Below are positions 36,034 through 46,025 of a DNA stretch of 64,000 nucleotides, one piece after another. The notes under the pieces were generated by a model, which saw only the letters and a program-made list of their open reading frames with translations, was not told the DNA's origin and made no database searches. The position numbers and the translations under genes are program-made. Source of the stretch: an uncultured beta proteobacterium (GTDB lineage: Bacteria; Pseudomonadota; Gammaproteobacteria; Burkholderiales; Casimicrobiaceae); NCBI GenBank assembly GCA_963786625.1, contig CAWAZS010000002.1, positions 12,201-76,200 of the forward strand, in the 5' to 3' direction. How positions within the stretch are numbered: the stretch's first letter is position 1; each line of letters opens with the position of its first letter.

Positions 36034-37374
36034 TCACAGTCCGTAGGCCATCCGCAGCAGCGTCAACGGGTGTTCCTTGCGCGCGCGGCTTTCCCCGCCG
36101 GACTCGGCGATGCCCTGCATGATGCGGCGGCCGGCGATCGGGCAGTCCGAGGCGACGTAATCGGGCGCGGCGTCCCCCATCTGGCGAAAGACGGGCCGGC
36201 CGATCTTCATCGAGTGGGCGAAGAACTCGCTCTTCACTCCGTAGGTGCCGTCGTGTCCAGCGCAGCGCTCGACGGTGTTCACGGTGGTCTCCGGTATCCA
36301 CTCGAGCACCTCGCGCGTCTTCTGGCCCATGTTCTGCACCCGCGCATGGCAGGGTATGTGGTAGCTCACCTTGCCGAGCGGGGCCTTGAAATCCTTCCTC
36401 AGCAATCCGTCCCGGTCGCGCAGCACCAGGTACTCGAACGGGTCGAACATCGCATCCGCCACGACTTTGACGTCCGCGTCGCCCGGAAAGATCAGTGGCA
36501 GCTCGTGCTTGAACATCAGCGTGCACGAGGGAACCGCCGTCACGATGGCGTGGCCCGAGCGCGCCAGCGTGGCGAGCGCGCCGATATTGATGTCCTTGAG
36601 CTTCTCGACCGCTTCGAGATCGCCGAGCTCGAGCTTCGGCATCCCGCAGCACGCCTCCTTCTCGACGATCCGGTACGGCACCTCGTTGTGCGCGAGGATC
36701 TGCAGCAGGTCGTGGCCGATCCCGGGCTCGTTGTAGTTGATGTAGCAGGTCGCGAAGACGGCGACCTTTCCCGGCGTGCGCTCGCCGTCGCGGACGGGCC
36801 AGGCGACGGACGCCTTCGCCGTCTCCCGGAATCGCGCGCCGTCATAGGGCGGCAACTGCGCGCCGGCCGCCACGCCCAGCACCCTGTCCATCGCCTTGCG
36901 GGCGGCGGGCATCGTGTTCACCTTGTTGACCATCTGCACGACGACGGGGATCGTCGCCAGGCGACCGACGCGGTCGGTGCTCGTCAGCAGGCGGTCGCGG
37001 AATTTCGTCTTGCCCTTCCGGAACTCGACTGCCTTGGCGCGCAGCATCAGGTGGGGGAAGTCGACGTTCCACTCGTGCGGCGGAACGTATGGACACTTCG
37101 TCATGTAGCAGAGGTCGCAGAGGTAGCACTGCTCGACGACCTTCGGGTAATCCGCCTTGGCGACGCCGTCGACCTCCATCGTCTTGCTTTCGTCGACGAG
37201 GTCGAACAGCGTCGGGAACGACTGGCAAAGGCTGACGCAGCGCCGGCAGCCGTGACAGATGTCGAACACGCGCTCCATCTCCCGCTCGAGCGCCGCTTCG
37301 TCGTAGAACTCGGGATTGCGCCAGTCCAGCGGATGGCGCGTGGGCGCCTGCAGGTTGCCTTCGCGGGCAGTCAT
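36034..37374 (-). CDS. (Fe-S)-binding protein, HdrD/GlcF/GlpC-like (two 4Fe-4S ferredoxin motifs plus two CCG domains)
   Basis: It carries [15 protein letters not shown] and [14 protein letters not shown] (2x CxxCxxCxxxCP), plus CCG-type cysteine clusters ([41 protein letters not shown]). Intact 446 aa. Confidence 0.8.
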   Translation of the reverse strand: MTAREGNLQAPTRHPLDWRNPEFYDEAALEREMERVFDICHGCRRCVSLCQSFPTLFDLVDESKTMEVDGVAKADYPKVVEQCYLCDLCYMTKCPYVPPHEWNVDFPHLMLRAKAVEFRKGKTKFRDRLLTSTDRVGRLATIPVVVQMVNKVNTMPAARKAMDRVLGVAAGAQLPPYDGARFRETAKASVAWPVRDGERTPGKVAVFATCYINYNEPGIGHDLLQILAHNEVPYRIVEKEACCGMPKLELGDLEAVEKLKDINIGALATLARSGHAIVTAVPSCTLMFKHELPLIFPGDADVKVVADAMFDPFEYLVLRDRDGLLRKDFKAPLGKVSYHIPCHARVQNMGQKTREVLEWIPETTVNTVERCAGHDGTYGVKSEFFAHSMKIGRPVFRQMGDAAPDYVASDCPIAGRRIMQGIAESGGESRARKEHPLTLLRMAYGL

Positions 37375-37460
37375 CGTCGGCTCCGTTTCGGGTTCGGGTC
37401 TTGGGCGCTGCTTCGAGGGCGGACGGACGGAACTCGCTGCGGCGCTGAATCGCGGCGCGC

Positions 37461-37496
37461 AAAGTCAGTACGTCGCGGGTCTCGCGGCGTACTGAC
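37461..37496 (-). terminator. Candidate intrinsic terminator/attenuator between rubrerythrin and the Fe-S gene
   Basis: The minus-strand RNA reads GUCAGUACG-C-CGCG-AGACC-CGCG-A-CGUACUGAC followed by UUUG. This gives a 13-bp interrupted stem but only three U. Confidence 0.4.
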
Positions 37497-37547
37497 CGGG
37501 CGTTGCGCGCCGCACCGTCCGCGACGCTTCAACGCGACCATCGAGAC

Positions 37548-37973
37548 TCAGTCGGCCAATGCGTCCAGGGCCTTCTGGAAGCGATTCGCGTGCGACCGCT
37601 CGGCCTTCGCCAGCGTTTCGAACCAGTCGGCGATCTCTTCGAAGCCTTCCTCACGCGCGGATTTCGCCATGCCGGGGTACATGTCGGTGTACTCGTGCGT
37701 TTCGCCGGCGATCGCCGCCTTGAGATTCGCGCGAGTGGCGCCGATCGGAAGATCCGTCGCCGGATCGCCCACCTGCGCGATGTAGTCGAGGTGGCCGTGC
37801 GCATGGCCGGTCTCGCCCTCGGCCGTCGAGCGGAACACCGCGGCGACGTCGTTCTGGCCCTCGACGTCGGCCTTGTTTGCGAAATAGAGATAACGCCGAT
37901 TGGCCTGCGATTCGCCGGCGAAGGCAGCCTTCAGGTTCTCGTGCGTCTTGGTGCCCTTGAGATTCTTCATCAT
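37548..37973 (-). CDS. Rubrerythrin-family diiron protein (ferritin-like domain only, no rubredoxin domain)
   Basis: [39 protein letters not shown]...[14 protein letters not shown]...[14 protein letters not shown]...[12 protein letters not shown]. It has ExxH diiron motifs and is 141 aa. ORF 37548..38258 extends upstream without similarity. Confidence 0.85.
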   Translation of the reverse strand: MMKNLKGTKTHENLKAAFAGESQANRRYLYFANKADVEGQNDVAAVFRSTAEGETGHAHGHLDYIAQVGDPATDLPIGATRANLKAAIAGETHEYTDMYPGMAKSAREEGFEEIADWFETLAKAERSHANRFQKALDALAD

Positions 37974-38315
37974 GCATCTCCTTCGGTTGACAGCGCTCTT
38001 CATCCGCGTCCCGACCGTCCGGGACGCGGCAAATCGACCGGCGGCGCGCAATGCTCTGCCGACGACGTTGGGATTCTGCGCGTCGCCCGCCTCATGCGTC
38101 CAATTGATTGTGCGAATACTTGCGATAGTTTGGAGTAATGGTTGGCGCCCGGCTGCGCACCCGCCTGCGGGGATTGCGGCGCGCCGCGGCTCGCATTCGA
38201 CGAGGCATGCCGTATCGGGCAACACGGGGTTACCTCTCGTCTGCCGGTCTCGCCGCATCGGGACCCGCGATCGCTCGCGTCGGGCGGCCGGCGTCCCGGC
38301 TTCCAGCCTTGCTTC

Positions 38316-39917
38316 CTAGTCGATGCGCTCGTAGGCCGGCAGCGTCAGGAACTCGACGAACGTGTCGTTGTTGACCAGGTCCGCGAAGATGCGCGCCGCC
38401 TCGTCGTACTGGCCCGCCCCGTACGCCGCCCCCAGCAGGTCGCGGATCTTCGCGAGCTCCTCGGGGATCAACACGGCGACCATCTCCTTCGTGACCTTGC
38501 GAGCGTCGTCGAGCCGCCCTTTCGGCGAGCGGATCCACTGCCAGACCTGCGAGCGCGAGATCTCGGCGGTCGCGGCGTCCTCCATCAGGTTGTAGATCGG
38601 CACCGCGCCCTGCCCGGCGAGCCACGCGCCGATGTACTGGATCGCGACGTTGATGTTCAGGCGCAGCCCCTTCTCCGTGATCGGCGCTTCGGGCTCGAAG
38701 GTGAGGAGGTCGGCCGCGGTCACCTTCACGTCGTCGCGCCGCTTCGACGCGATCTGGTTCGGCGCGGGCATCAGCCGATCGAAGGCCTCCTTCGCGACCG
38801 GCACCAGCCCCGGGTGCGCGACCCAGGTCCCGTCGTGGCCCTGCGTCGCCTCGCGCTCCTTGTCGGCCTTCACTTTCGCGAACGCCTCCGCGTTGGCAGC
38901 CTCGTCGTTCTTCACGGGAATCTGCGCCGCCATCCCGCCCATCGCGTGGATGTTCCGCCGATGACAGGTCTTGACGAGGAGCAGCGCGTAGCTCTTCATG
39001 AAATGCGTCGTCATCGTGACCAGCGCCCGGTCGGCGAGGCAGAAATCCCGGTTGTTCCGCAGCTTCTTGATGCACGAGAAGATGTAGTCCCAGCGCCCGC
39101 AGTTCAGCCCGGCCGAGTGCTCGCGCAGTTCGTAGAGGATCTCGTCCATCTCGAACGCGGCGAGCAGCGTCTCGATCAGCACCGTCGCCTTGATCGTCCC
39201 GCGCGGCACGCCGAGGTCGTCCTGCGCCATCACGAAGACGTCGTTCCACAGCCGCGCCTCGCGGTGGCTCTCGAGCTTGGGCAGGTAGAAATAGGGGCCG
39301 GTGCCGCGCGCGAGCAGCTCCTTCGCGTTGTGAAAGACATAGAGCGCGAAGTCGAAGATGCCCCCGGAAATCGGCCGGCCGTCGACCAGCATGTGCTTCT
39401 CCGGCAGGTGCCAGCCGCGCGGGCGCACGAAGAGGACGGCGGTCTTCTCGTTCAGCCGGTACGTCTTGCCCTCGGGCGACGTGTAATCGATCCGGCGGCG
39501 GATCGCGTCGCGCAGGTTGATGTGCCCCTGCAGGTTGTTGTCCCACTTCGGCGTGTTCGCGTCCTCGAAATCGGCCATGAACACGTTCGCGCCCGAGTTC
39601 AGCGCGTTGATGACCATCTTGCGGTCGACGGGGCCCGTGATCTCGACGCGCCGGTCGGCGATGTCGGCGGGAAACGGCGCGCAGGTCCAGTCGCCTTCGC
39701 GGATCGCGCGGGTCTCGGGCAGGAAGTCCGGCAGCGCGCCCGCGTCGAGCTCGGCCTGCCGCCGCGCCCTGCGCTCGAGCAGTTCCGCGCGGCGATCGCC
39801 GAACGCGCGCTGCAGCCTGGCGGCGAACGCGACGGCCTCGGGGGTCAGGATCTGCGCGTACTCGGGGGTGATGCGACCGGTGATTTCGATGCCGGGGCCG
39901 AAACGGGTCGTGCTCAT
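38316..39917 (-). CDS. aceB: Malate synthase A
   Basis: Intact 533 aa: ...VEITGPVDRKMVINALNSGANVFMADFEDANTP...YFYLPKLESHREARLWNDVF...EHSAGLNCGRWDYIFS... Confidence 0.95.
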   Translation of the reverse strand: MSTTRFGPGIEITGRITPEYAQILTPEAVAFAARLQRAFGDRRAELLERRARRQAELDAGALPDFLPETRAIREGDWTCAPFPADIADRRVEITGPVDRKMVINALNSGANVFMADFEDANTPKWDNNLQGHINLRDAIRRRIDYTSPEGKTYRLNEKTAVLFVRPRGWHLPEKHMLVDGRPISGGIFDFALYVFHNAKELLARGTGPYFYLPKLESHREARLWNDVFVMAQDDLGVPRGTIKATVLIETLLAAFEMDEILYELREHSAGLNCGRWDYIFSCIKKLRNNRDFCLADRALVTMTTHFMKSYALLLVKTCHRRNIHAMGGMAAQIPVKNDEAANAEAFAKVKADKEREATQGHDGTWVAHPGLVPVAKEAFDRLMPAPNQIASKRRDDVKVTAADLLTFEPEAPITEKGLRLNINVAIQYIGAWLAGQGAVPIYNLMEDAATAEISRSQVWQWIRSPKGRLDDARKVTKEMVAVLIPEELAKIRDLLGAAYGAGQYDEAARIFADLVNNDTFVEFLTLPAYERID

Positions 39918-40144
39918 CGGGGAATCTCGCTGCTGGGGCGTGGAAAAACCGGTGGCGTTGGGTGTGGCCGGGCCGGGAGTCGTGTCGCGTTGCTGCGACT
40001 GTCGATTCTAGCCGATATTGCAGTGCAGCGCGAGGCGCGGCGGGGCCCGCGGATGCGGGCGTGCGGCCCAATGCCGCGGCGCCGGGACCGCCGGCGTTTC
40101 GGGGAACCGCTGCACGACGCTCACGTCGGCACTGCGGCGGCGCC

Positions 40145-40849
40145 TCAGGTCCAGCCCTCGCCCGGCTCGCCGGACAGGCGCGCGATGGTCACGTTCCAGG
40201 ACATCGTGATCCGCGGGCGCGCGCCGCGATACGGGTTGACGCTGTGCAGGTAGTCGCTGGCGAAGACGATCATCGTGCCCTCGTCCATTTTCGGCAGCAG
40301 CAGCGCCGTCACCCGGCCCGGCTCGTGCGGGCAGCAATGCGGGATTCGCGGATCGGCGAACACGAGCTGGCCGGCCATCGCATCGTCCGGATCCGGGTCG
40401 CCGGAGTCGAGCATGTAGACGATGCTCACGTTGGCCCGCAGGTGGCTGTGCGGCATGCAGTACTGGCCGTCGCGGTAGACGTTCGCCCAGCAGTCGTCGG
40501 TATAGACGTCGTGGTGCGAGAGCACGCGGTGCGCGAGCGAGAGCGCGCGGCCGTGAATGAGATCGGCCGCAGGCCGCCGCCAGCGGTCGGGTCGGCGGAC
40601 CTTCATGCCGCAGCCGCCCTTGAAGATCCACATCCGGTACGCGGGATCGCGCTCCATCTCGAGGATGGTCGCGGCGAGCTCGTCGCGGTAGCGGCGGTGG
40701 TCGGAGAATTGCGTGACGCCCGTCAGCGGCGCGGACAGGGGCTCGATGCGCTGACCCTCGGGCCACACCGCAATCGCGGACCCGCCGACGGTGACCGTCG
40801 CCGGCAGCGCCGCCTGCTCCCCGGCTCGCGCCGCTGCTCCCGGGCTCAC
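40145..40849 (-). CDS. Putative 2OG-Fe(II) oxygenase-fold protein (PF13759/TIGR02466-like)
   Basis: [28 protein letters not shown]...GQLVFADPR...[29 protein letters not shown] matches my recollection of the W.N...G....H.H...G.L.F.DPR...LFPS.L.H.V.P...R.S.SFN pattern. The start is taken as GTG 40849, 7 nt after AAGGAGG. Its first 12 codons lie inside a repeated sequence. Confidence 0.6.
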   Translation of the reverse strand: MSPGAAARAGEQAALPATVTVGGSAIAVWPEGQRIEPLSAPLTGVTQFSDHRRYRDELAATILEMERDPAYRMWIFKGGCGMKVRRPDRWRRPAADLIHGRALSLAHRVLSHHDVYTDDCWANVYRDGQYCMPHSHLRANVSIVYMLDSGDPDPDDAMAGQLVFADPRIPHCCPHEPGRVTALLLPKMDEGTMIVFASDYLHSVNPYRGARPRITMSWNVTIARLSGEPGEGWT

Positions 40850-40854
40850 GCCGC
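40813..40854. repeat. Copy A of a perfect 42-nt direct repeat (copy B at 41015-41056)
   Basis: cctgctccccggctcgcgccgctgctcccgggctcacgccgc is identical at both sites, 202 nt apart. Copy A contains the GTG start of the oxygenase-like gene, and copy B contains the TGA stop of leuA. Confidence 0.9.
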
Positions 40855-41056
40855 GGCCTCCTTGTACCGTTGACGATATCGCAGCGGTCGCATCGCCGGG
40901 ATGCCGGGCCCCCTCGGCCTCCCTGTGCGGTCTCGGCAATGTTCACGCGCACGCGTCGGCCTCGTTGCGTCGACTCGCCCCGGTCGCATCCCCACGCGCT
41001 CCGCGCGCGGGGCCCCTGCTCCCCGGCTCGCGCCGCTGCTCCCGGGCTCACGCCGC
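40847..41056 (-). repeat. Intergenic cassette downstream of leuA (5' hairpin module, variable middle, 3' SD-GTG module)
   Basis: The minus strand after the leuA stop reads AGCGGCGCGAGCCGGGGAGCAGGGGCCCCGCGCGCGGAGCGCGTGGGGATGCGACCGGGGCGAGTCGACGC..GGCCGACGCG...AACGGTACAAGGAGGCCGCGGCGTG. Its paralogue lies at 44780-44909. Confidence 0.8.
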
Positions 41057-42590
41057 CAGCTGAGGATTGAGCCGCTCCTGCCAGCCGTGCAGCTTGTTCA
41101 GCGCGTTGATGTACGCCTTCGCCGAGGCGACGATGATGTCGGTGTCGGCGCCGTTGCCGTTGACGATGCGCCCGTCGCGCTCCAGACGCACCGTCACTTC
41201 GCCCTGCGCATCGGTGCCCGTCGTGATCGCGTTGACCGAGTACAGCAGCATCTTGGAGTTCGACGGCGCCATCCGCTCGATCGCCTTGAACACCGCGTCC
41301 ACCGGGCCGTCGCCGCTCGTCTCCGCGGCGAGCTCGGCGGCGCCGGCGGCCATCGCGACGCGCGCGTTGGGCGTCGTGCCCGTTTCCGACACGACCTTGA
41401 GGGCGACCAGCCGGAAGTGCTCCCTGTCGGGCGTCACCGTCTCGTCGGAGGCGAGCGCCTGCAGATCCTCGTCGAAGACCTGGCCCTTCTTGTCGGCGAG
41501 CTCCTTGAACCGGGCGAACGCATGGTCGACAGCCTCCTGGCTGCCAAGATCGATGCCGAGCTCGGCCAGTCTCGTCTTGAACGCGTTGCGGCCGGAGAGC
41601 TTGCCGAGCGAGAGCTTGTTCGCGTTCCAGCCGACGTCCTCGGCACGCATGATCTCGTAGGTTTCGCGGTGCTTCAGCACGCCGTCCTGGTGAATCCCCG
41701 ACTCGTGCGCGAACGCGTTGGCGCCGACGATCGCCTTGTTCGGCTGGACGGGGAATCCGGTGATGCCCGAGACGAGCTTCGAGGCAGCGACGATCTGCGT
41801 CGCCTCGATGCGTGTCGTGCAGGGAAAGACGTCCTTTCGCGTCTTCACCGCCATCACGATTTCCTCGAGCGACGCGTTGCCCGCGCGCTCGCCGAGACCG
41901 TTGATCGTGCACTCGACCTGGCGCGCGCCGTGCATCACGGCGGACAGCGAGTTCGCGACGGCGAGGCCGAGGTCGTTGTGGCAGTGGACCGACCAGATCG
42001 CCTTGTCGGAGTTGGGGATGCGTTGGCGCAGCGACTCGATCAGCGCGCCGAACTGCCACGGCATCGTGTAGCCGACCGTATCCGGGATGTTGACGGTCGT
42101 CGCCCCGGCCGCAATCACGGCTTCCAGCAGCCGGCACAGGAAATCGGGCTCCGAGCGCCCTGCGTCCTCGGGCGAGAACTCGACGTCGTCGGTGTAGTTG
42201 CGGGACCGCTTGACGGCGTTCACCGCCTGCGCGAGCACCTCGTCCGGCGTCATCCGGAGCTTCATCTGCATGTGGATCGGCGACGAGGCGATGAATGTGT
42301 GCACGCGCCCCGATCGCGCCGGCTTGATCGCCTCGCCGCAGCGGTCGATGTCGCGGTCGTTGGCGCGGGCCAGCGCCACACACGGTGCTGTCCTTGATCG
42401 CGCCGGCAATGGCATGGACCGCCTCCCAGTCGCCGTTCGACGACGCCGGAAAGCCTGCCTCGATGACGTCCACGCGCAGGCGCTCCAGCTGCCGCGCGAT
42501 GCGCATCTTCTCTTCCTTGGTCATCGATGCGCCGGGGCTCTGCTCGCCGTCGCGCAACGTCGTGTCGAAAATGATCAGGTGATCTGCCAT
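41048..42590 (-). pseudogene. leuA: 2-isopropylmalate synthase, one +1 frame change near 42384
   Basis: The N-terminus [71 protein letters not shown] is in ORF 40008..42590. The rest ([13 protein letters not shown]...[14 protein letters not shown]...LeuA dimerisation/regulatory domain...[19 protein letters not shown]) is in ORF 41048..42415. An extra G (gtgtgtGgcgctg) explains the shift. Confidence 0.93.
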
Positions 42591-42677
42591 GGTCCGCTCC
42601 CGGAACGTGTCGGTGCCTTGAAGGGTTCCCTGCCGGCTGCATGCCGACAGAGCTGGGTACTGCGGAAGGGGGGATGT

Positions 42678-42776
42678 TTATCTGCGCGCGGGGCGCAGCA
42701 GCAGCAGCAGAAGGCCGCCCGTGAGGGAGGTCGGCGCGGGGAGCGCGGGACGGCCGGCAGTGTGGATGCTGCTCAT
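42678..42776 (-). CDS. Candidate leucine leader peptide (32 codons, six consecutive Leu codons) upstream of leuA
   Basis: The minus strand reads ATG AGC AGC ATC CAC ACT GCC GGC CGT CCC GCG CTC CCC GCG CCG ACC TCC CTC ACG GGC GGC CTT CTG CTG CTG CTG CTG CGC CCC GCG CGC AGA TAA, giving MSSIHTAGRPALPAPTSLTGGLLLLLLRPARR. It ends 87 nt before the leuA ATG. It is too short for the ORF track. The start position was fixed from the overlapping stop of ORF 42773..43669. Confidence 0.6.
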   Translation of the reverse strand: MSSIHTAGRPALPAPTSLTGGLLLLLLRPARR

Positions 42777-42784
42777 CGGAGACG

Positions 42785-42814
42785 ACTATAACCGCAAAAA
42801 TGCAGTCGCCGCAA
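42785..42814 (-). promoter_or_regulatory. Candidate promoter for the leu leader/leuA (TTGCGG-N18-TATAGT)
   Basis: The minus strand reads ccccTTGCGGcgactgcatttttgcggtTATAGTcgtctccgATG. The -10 ends only 8 nt before the leader ATG, which would imply a (nearly) leaderless transcript. No SD is visible. Confidence 0.35.
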
Positions 42815-42840
42815 GGGGTTGGGCTCCCAAACCGCGGGCG

Positions 42841-43617
42841 CTAGGTCGGCGGGGGGGCCGGCGCGCGCCGCCGGCGCGCCGCGATCCACATCCACGCGGA
42901 CGCGACGTAGCCCGACAGCGCATAGCCGACGCAACCCGCGAACAGCACGATCGCCGGCTGATAGGAGAGGAGCGCAATGACCAGCACGAAGACGAAGATC
43001 GCGAGGAACGGCACGCTCTTCTTCAGATTGATGGTCTTGAAGCTGTAATAGCGGATGTTGCTGACCATCGTGAGGCCGGCGAACAGCGTGACGGCCCAGG
43101 CCCACCCGCGCAACCCCGCGGGATCGATGTTGTAGTCGTCGATGATCCAGACGAAGCCCGCGACCAGCGCGGCGGCGGCCGGGCTGGGAATCCCCGTGAA
43201 CCAGCGCTTGTCGGCGACGTCCAGCATGACGTTGAACCGCGCGAGCCGCAGCGCGGCGCCGGCGACGTAGACGAACGCCGCGATCCAGCCGAGCTTGCCC
43301 ATGCCTTTCAGCGCCCATTCGTAGACGATGAGCGCGGGCGCCGCCCCGAAGCTCACCATGTCGGAAAGGCTGTCGTACTCGGCGCCGAACGCGCTCTGCG
43401 TCCGCGTCAGGCGCGCGACCCGTCCGTCGAGACCGTCGAGCACCATCGCCACGAAGATCGCGACGGCCGCCTGATCGAAGCGCAGGTTCATCGCCTGCAC
43501 GATCGCGTAGAAACCGGCGAACAGCGAGGCGGTCGTGAACAGATTCGGGAGCAGGTAGATCCCGCGCCGCCGGATCCGGTTCTTCTGCAGGGCCCGCTGG
43601 GTGTCGAAATCGGTCAT
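42841..43617 (-). CDS. pssA: CDP-diacylglycerol--serine O-phosphatidyltransferase
   Basis: MTDFDTQRALQKNRIRRRGIYLLPNLFTTASLFAGFYAIV...MVLDGLDGRVARLTRTQSAFGAEYDSLSDMV carries the CDP-alcohol phosphatidyltransferase motif DG..DG..AR....S.FG...D...D. Confidence 0.88.
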   Translation of the reverse strand: MTDFDTQRALQKNRIRRRGIYLLPNLFTTASLFAGFYAIVQAMNLRFDQAAVAIFVAMVLDGLDGRVARLTRTQSAFGAEYDSLSDMVSFGAAPALIVYEWALKGMGKLGWIAAFVYVAGAALRLARFNVMLDVADKRWFTGIPSPAAAALVAGFVWIIDDYNIDPAGLRGWAWAVTLFAGLTMVSNIRYYSFKTINLKKSVPFLAIFVFVLVIALLSYQPAIVLFAGCVGYALSGYVASAWMWIAARRRRAPAPPPT

Positions 43618-43680
43618 GTCCGGGGAAAGGTAGCACAAACCCCCGACGCGACGACACCATCGCCGGCATCGGGGACTGCG

Positions 43681-44334
43681 TCAGCCCGGCGGGAACTCCG
43701 CGAGAACGGTCTCCGTCGCGTACGCCACGTCACCCACCGCCACCTTGGGCACCGCATGCGTCGCGACGTAGACGTCCACCCGCGATCCGAAGCGGATGAA
43801 CCCGTAGCGCTGGCCGCGCGCCAGCGTGTCCCCCGGCTTGGCATAGCAGAGGATCCTGCGGGCGATCAGTCCGGCGATCTGCACGCAGGTGACATCGCGC
43901 CCGTCGGCGGTCCGCAGGTGCAGCGCGTTGCGCTCGTTCTCGAGCGACGCCTTGGGGAGCGCGGCGTTCAGGAAGCTGCCGGCGTGATACCAGGCGTTGA
44001 CGACGGTGCCGTCGACCGGACTGCGATTCGAGTGGACGTTGAACACGTTCATGAACACGCTGATCTTGAGCGCGTCGCGGTCGAGGTACGGATCGCGCGC
44101 CTTTTCGACGCTCACGATGCGCCCGTCGGCAGGGGAGAGCACTGCATTCGGCTCGCGGGGAACCACGCGCGGCGGATCGCGGAAGAACTGCAGGATGAAC
44201 AGCGCCGCCGCCCACGCGAGCACGGCGGGGAGCCAGAGCGCGGCCGCCGAGAGCGCGATGGCGACAACGAGCGCCAGCGCAAGGTACGGCCAGCCCTCGC
44301 GGGCGATGATCGGATGGGGGTAGTCGTTGCGCAT
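43681..44334 (-). CDS. psd: Phosphatidylserine decarboxylase proenzyme (short, archaetidylserine-decarboxylase-like type)
   Basis: Intact 217 aa: ...DGRIVSVEK...[19 protein letters not shown]...[17 protein letters not shown], including the GS self-cleavage site. It lies directly upstream of pssA. Confidence 0.88.
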   Translation of the reverse strand: MRNDYPHPIIAREGWPYLALALVVAIALSAAALWLPAVLAWAAALFILQFFRDPPRVVPREPNAVLSPADGRIVSVEKARDPYLDRDALKISVFMNVFNVHSNRSPVDGTVVNAWYHAGSFLNAALPKASLENERNALHLRTADGRDVTCVQIAGLIARRILCYAKPGDTLARGQRYGFIRFGSRVDVYVATHAVPKVAVGDVAYATETVLAEFPPG

Positions 44335-44429
44335 GGCGGTGCCCGCGGCTCGAGGAATCGGCGGGCCGGATTATGCGCCGCGCGCGGGCCCGGCGCAGCC
44401 TGCCGGCGCATTCCGCCGTCGCGCCGCCG

Positions 44430-44774
44430 TCATTGGGTCGCGGCGTCCTCGCGCATCGCGCGCTCTCCGGCCTGGCGCTTCAGCGTGTCCTCGACTCCGC
44501 GCGCCCGCTCGATCGCCGATGCCGGGCTCGCGGGAGCCGCGCCCGGGTCGAATGCCTCGACACCTCCGGCGCCCGGCGAGCGAGCTCGCTCCGCCGGCGT
44601 GCCCGCCCTGGTCGCGGGCGCACCGGAGGCGAGGCCGTACTGTTTAAGCGCCTCCCTCGCGAGCACGGCGACGATGACCAGCGCGACGAGAATGACGATC
44701 AGCCCGACCCAGCCGCGCTGCGACGCCGGCGGCTGGCGGCGCGCGAACAACTGCGTTGCGTTTCCTGGTCCCAT
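44430..44774 (-). CDS. Hypothetical small membrane-anchored protein
   Basis: 114-aa ORF with one clear TM helix (WVGLIVILVALVIVAVLA) and a low-complexity Ala/Pro/Gly tail, lying between ilvC and psd. I recognise no homology. Confidence 0.45.
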   Translation of the reverse strand: MGPGNATQLFARRQPPASQRGWVGLIVILVALVIVAVLAREALKQYGLASGAPATRAGTPAERARSPGAGGVEAFDPGAAPASPASAIERARGVEDTLKRQAGERAMREDAATQ

Positions 44775-44779
44775 GCTCG

Positions 44780-44907
44780 CACCCGCGGCCTCCTCGCACC
44801 GTTCGCGCCGTGCATACCTTTGCGCGTCGGCCGCCAGCGTCGACTCGCCCCGGTCGCATCCCCATGCGCTACCCGCGCATGGGGCCCCTGCTCCCCGGCT
44901 CGCGCCG

Positions 44908-44909
<2 letters not shown>
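44780..44909 (-). repeat. Intergenic cassette downstream of ilvC (paralogue of 40847-41056)
   Basis: The minus strand, starting in the ilvC TAG, reads TAGCGGCGCGAGCCGGGGAGCAGGGGCCCCATGCGCGGGTAGCGCATGGGGATGCGACCGGGGCGAGTCGACGCTGGCGGCCGACGCG...AACGGTGCGAGGAGGCCGCGGGTG. It contains a perfect 10-bp hairpin (44860-44884). Confidence 0.8.
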
Positions 44910-45995
<1,086 letters not shown>

Positions 45996-46025
45996 AATCA
46001 CATCCAGCGACCGAGTCGTCCCGGC

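Noticed and set aside
38095-38145. AT-rich patch upstream of rubrerythrin (ccaattgattgtgcgaatacttgcgatagtttggagtaatgg) as a PerR, Fur or OxyR operator.
   Set aside because: I could not derive a convincing 7-1-7 or ATAG-N7-CTAT type palindrome. It may simply be the promoter region. It is left uncalled.
42696-42713. (CAG)5 trinucleotide microsatellite on the plus strand.
   Set aside because: It is explained as the reverse complement of the CTG Leu codon run of the candidate leuA leader peptide, not as an independent repeat feature.
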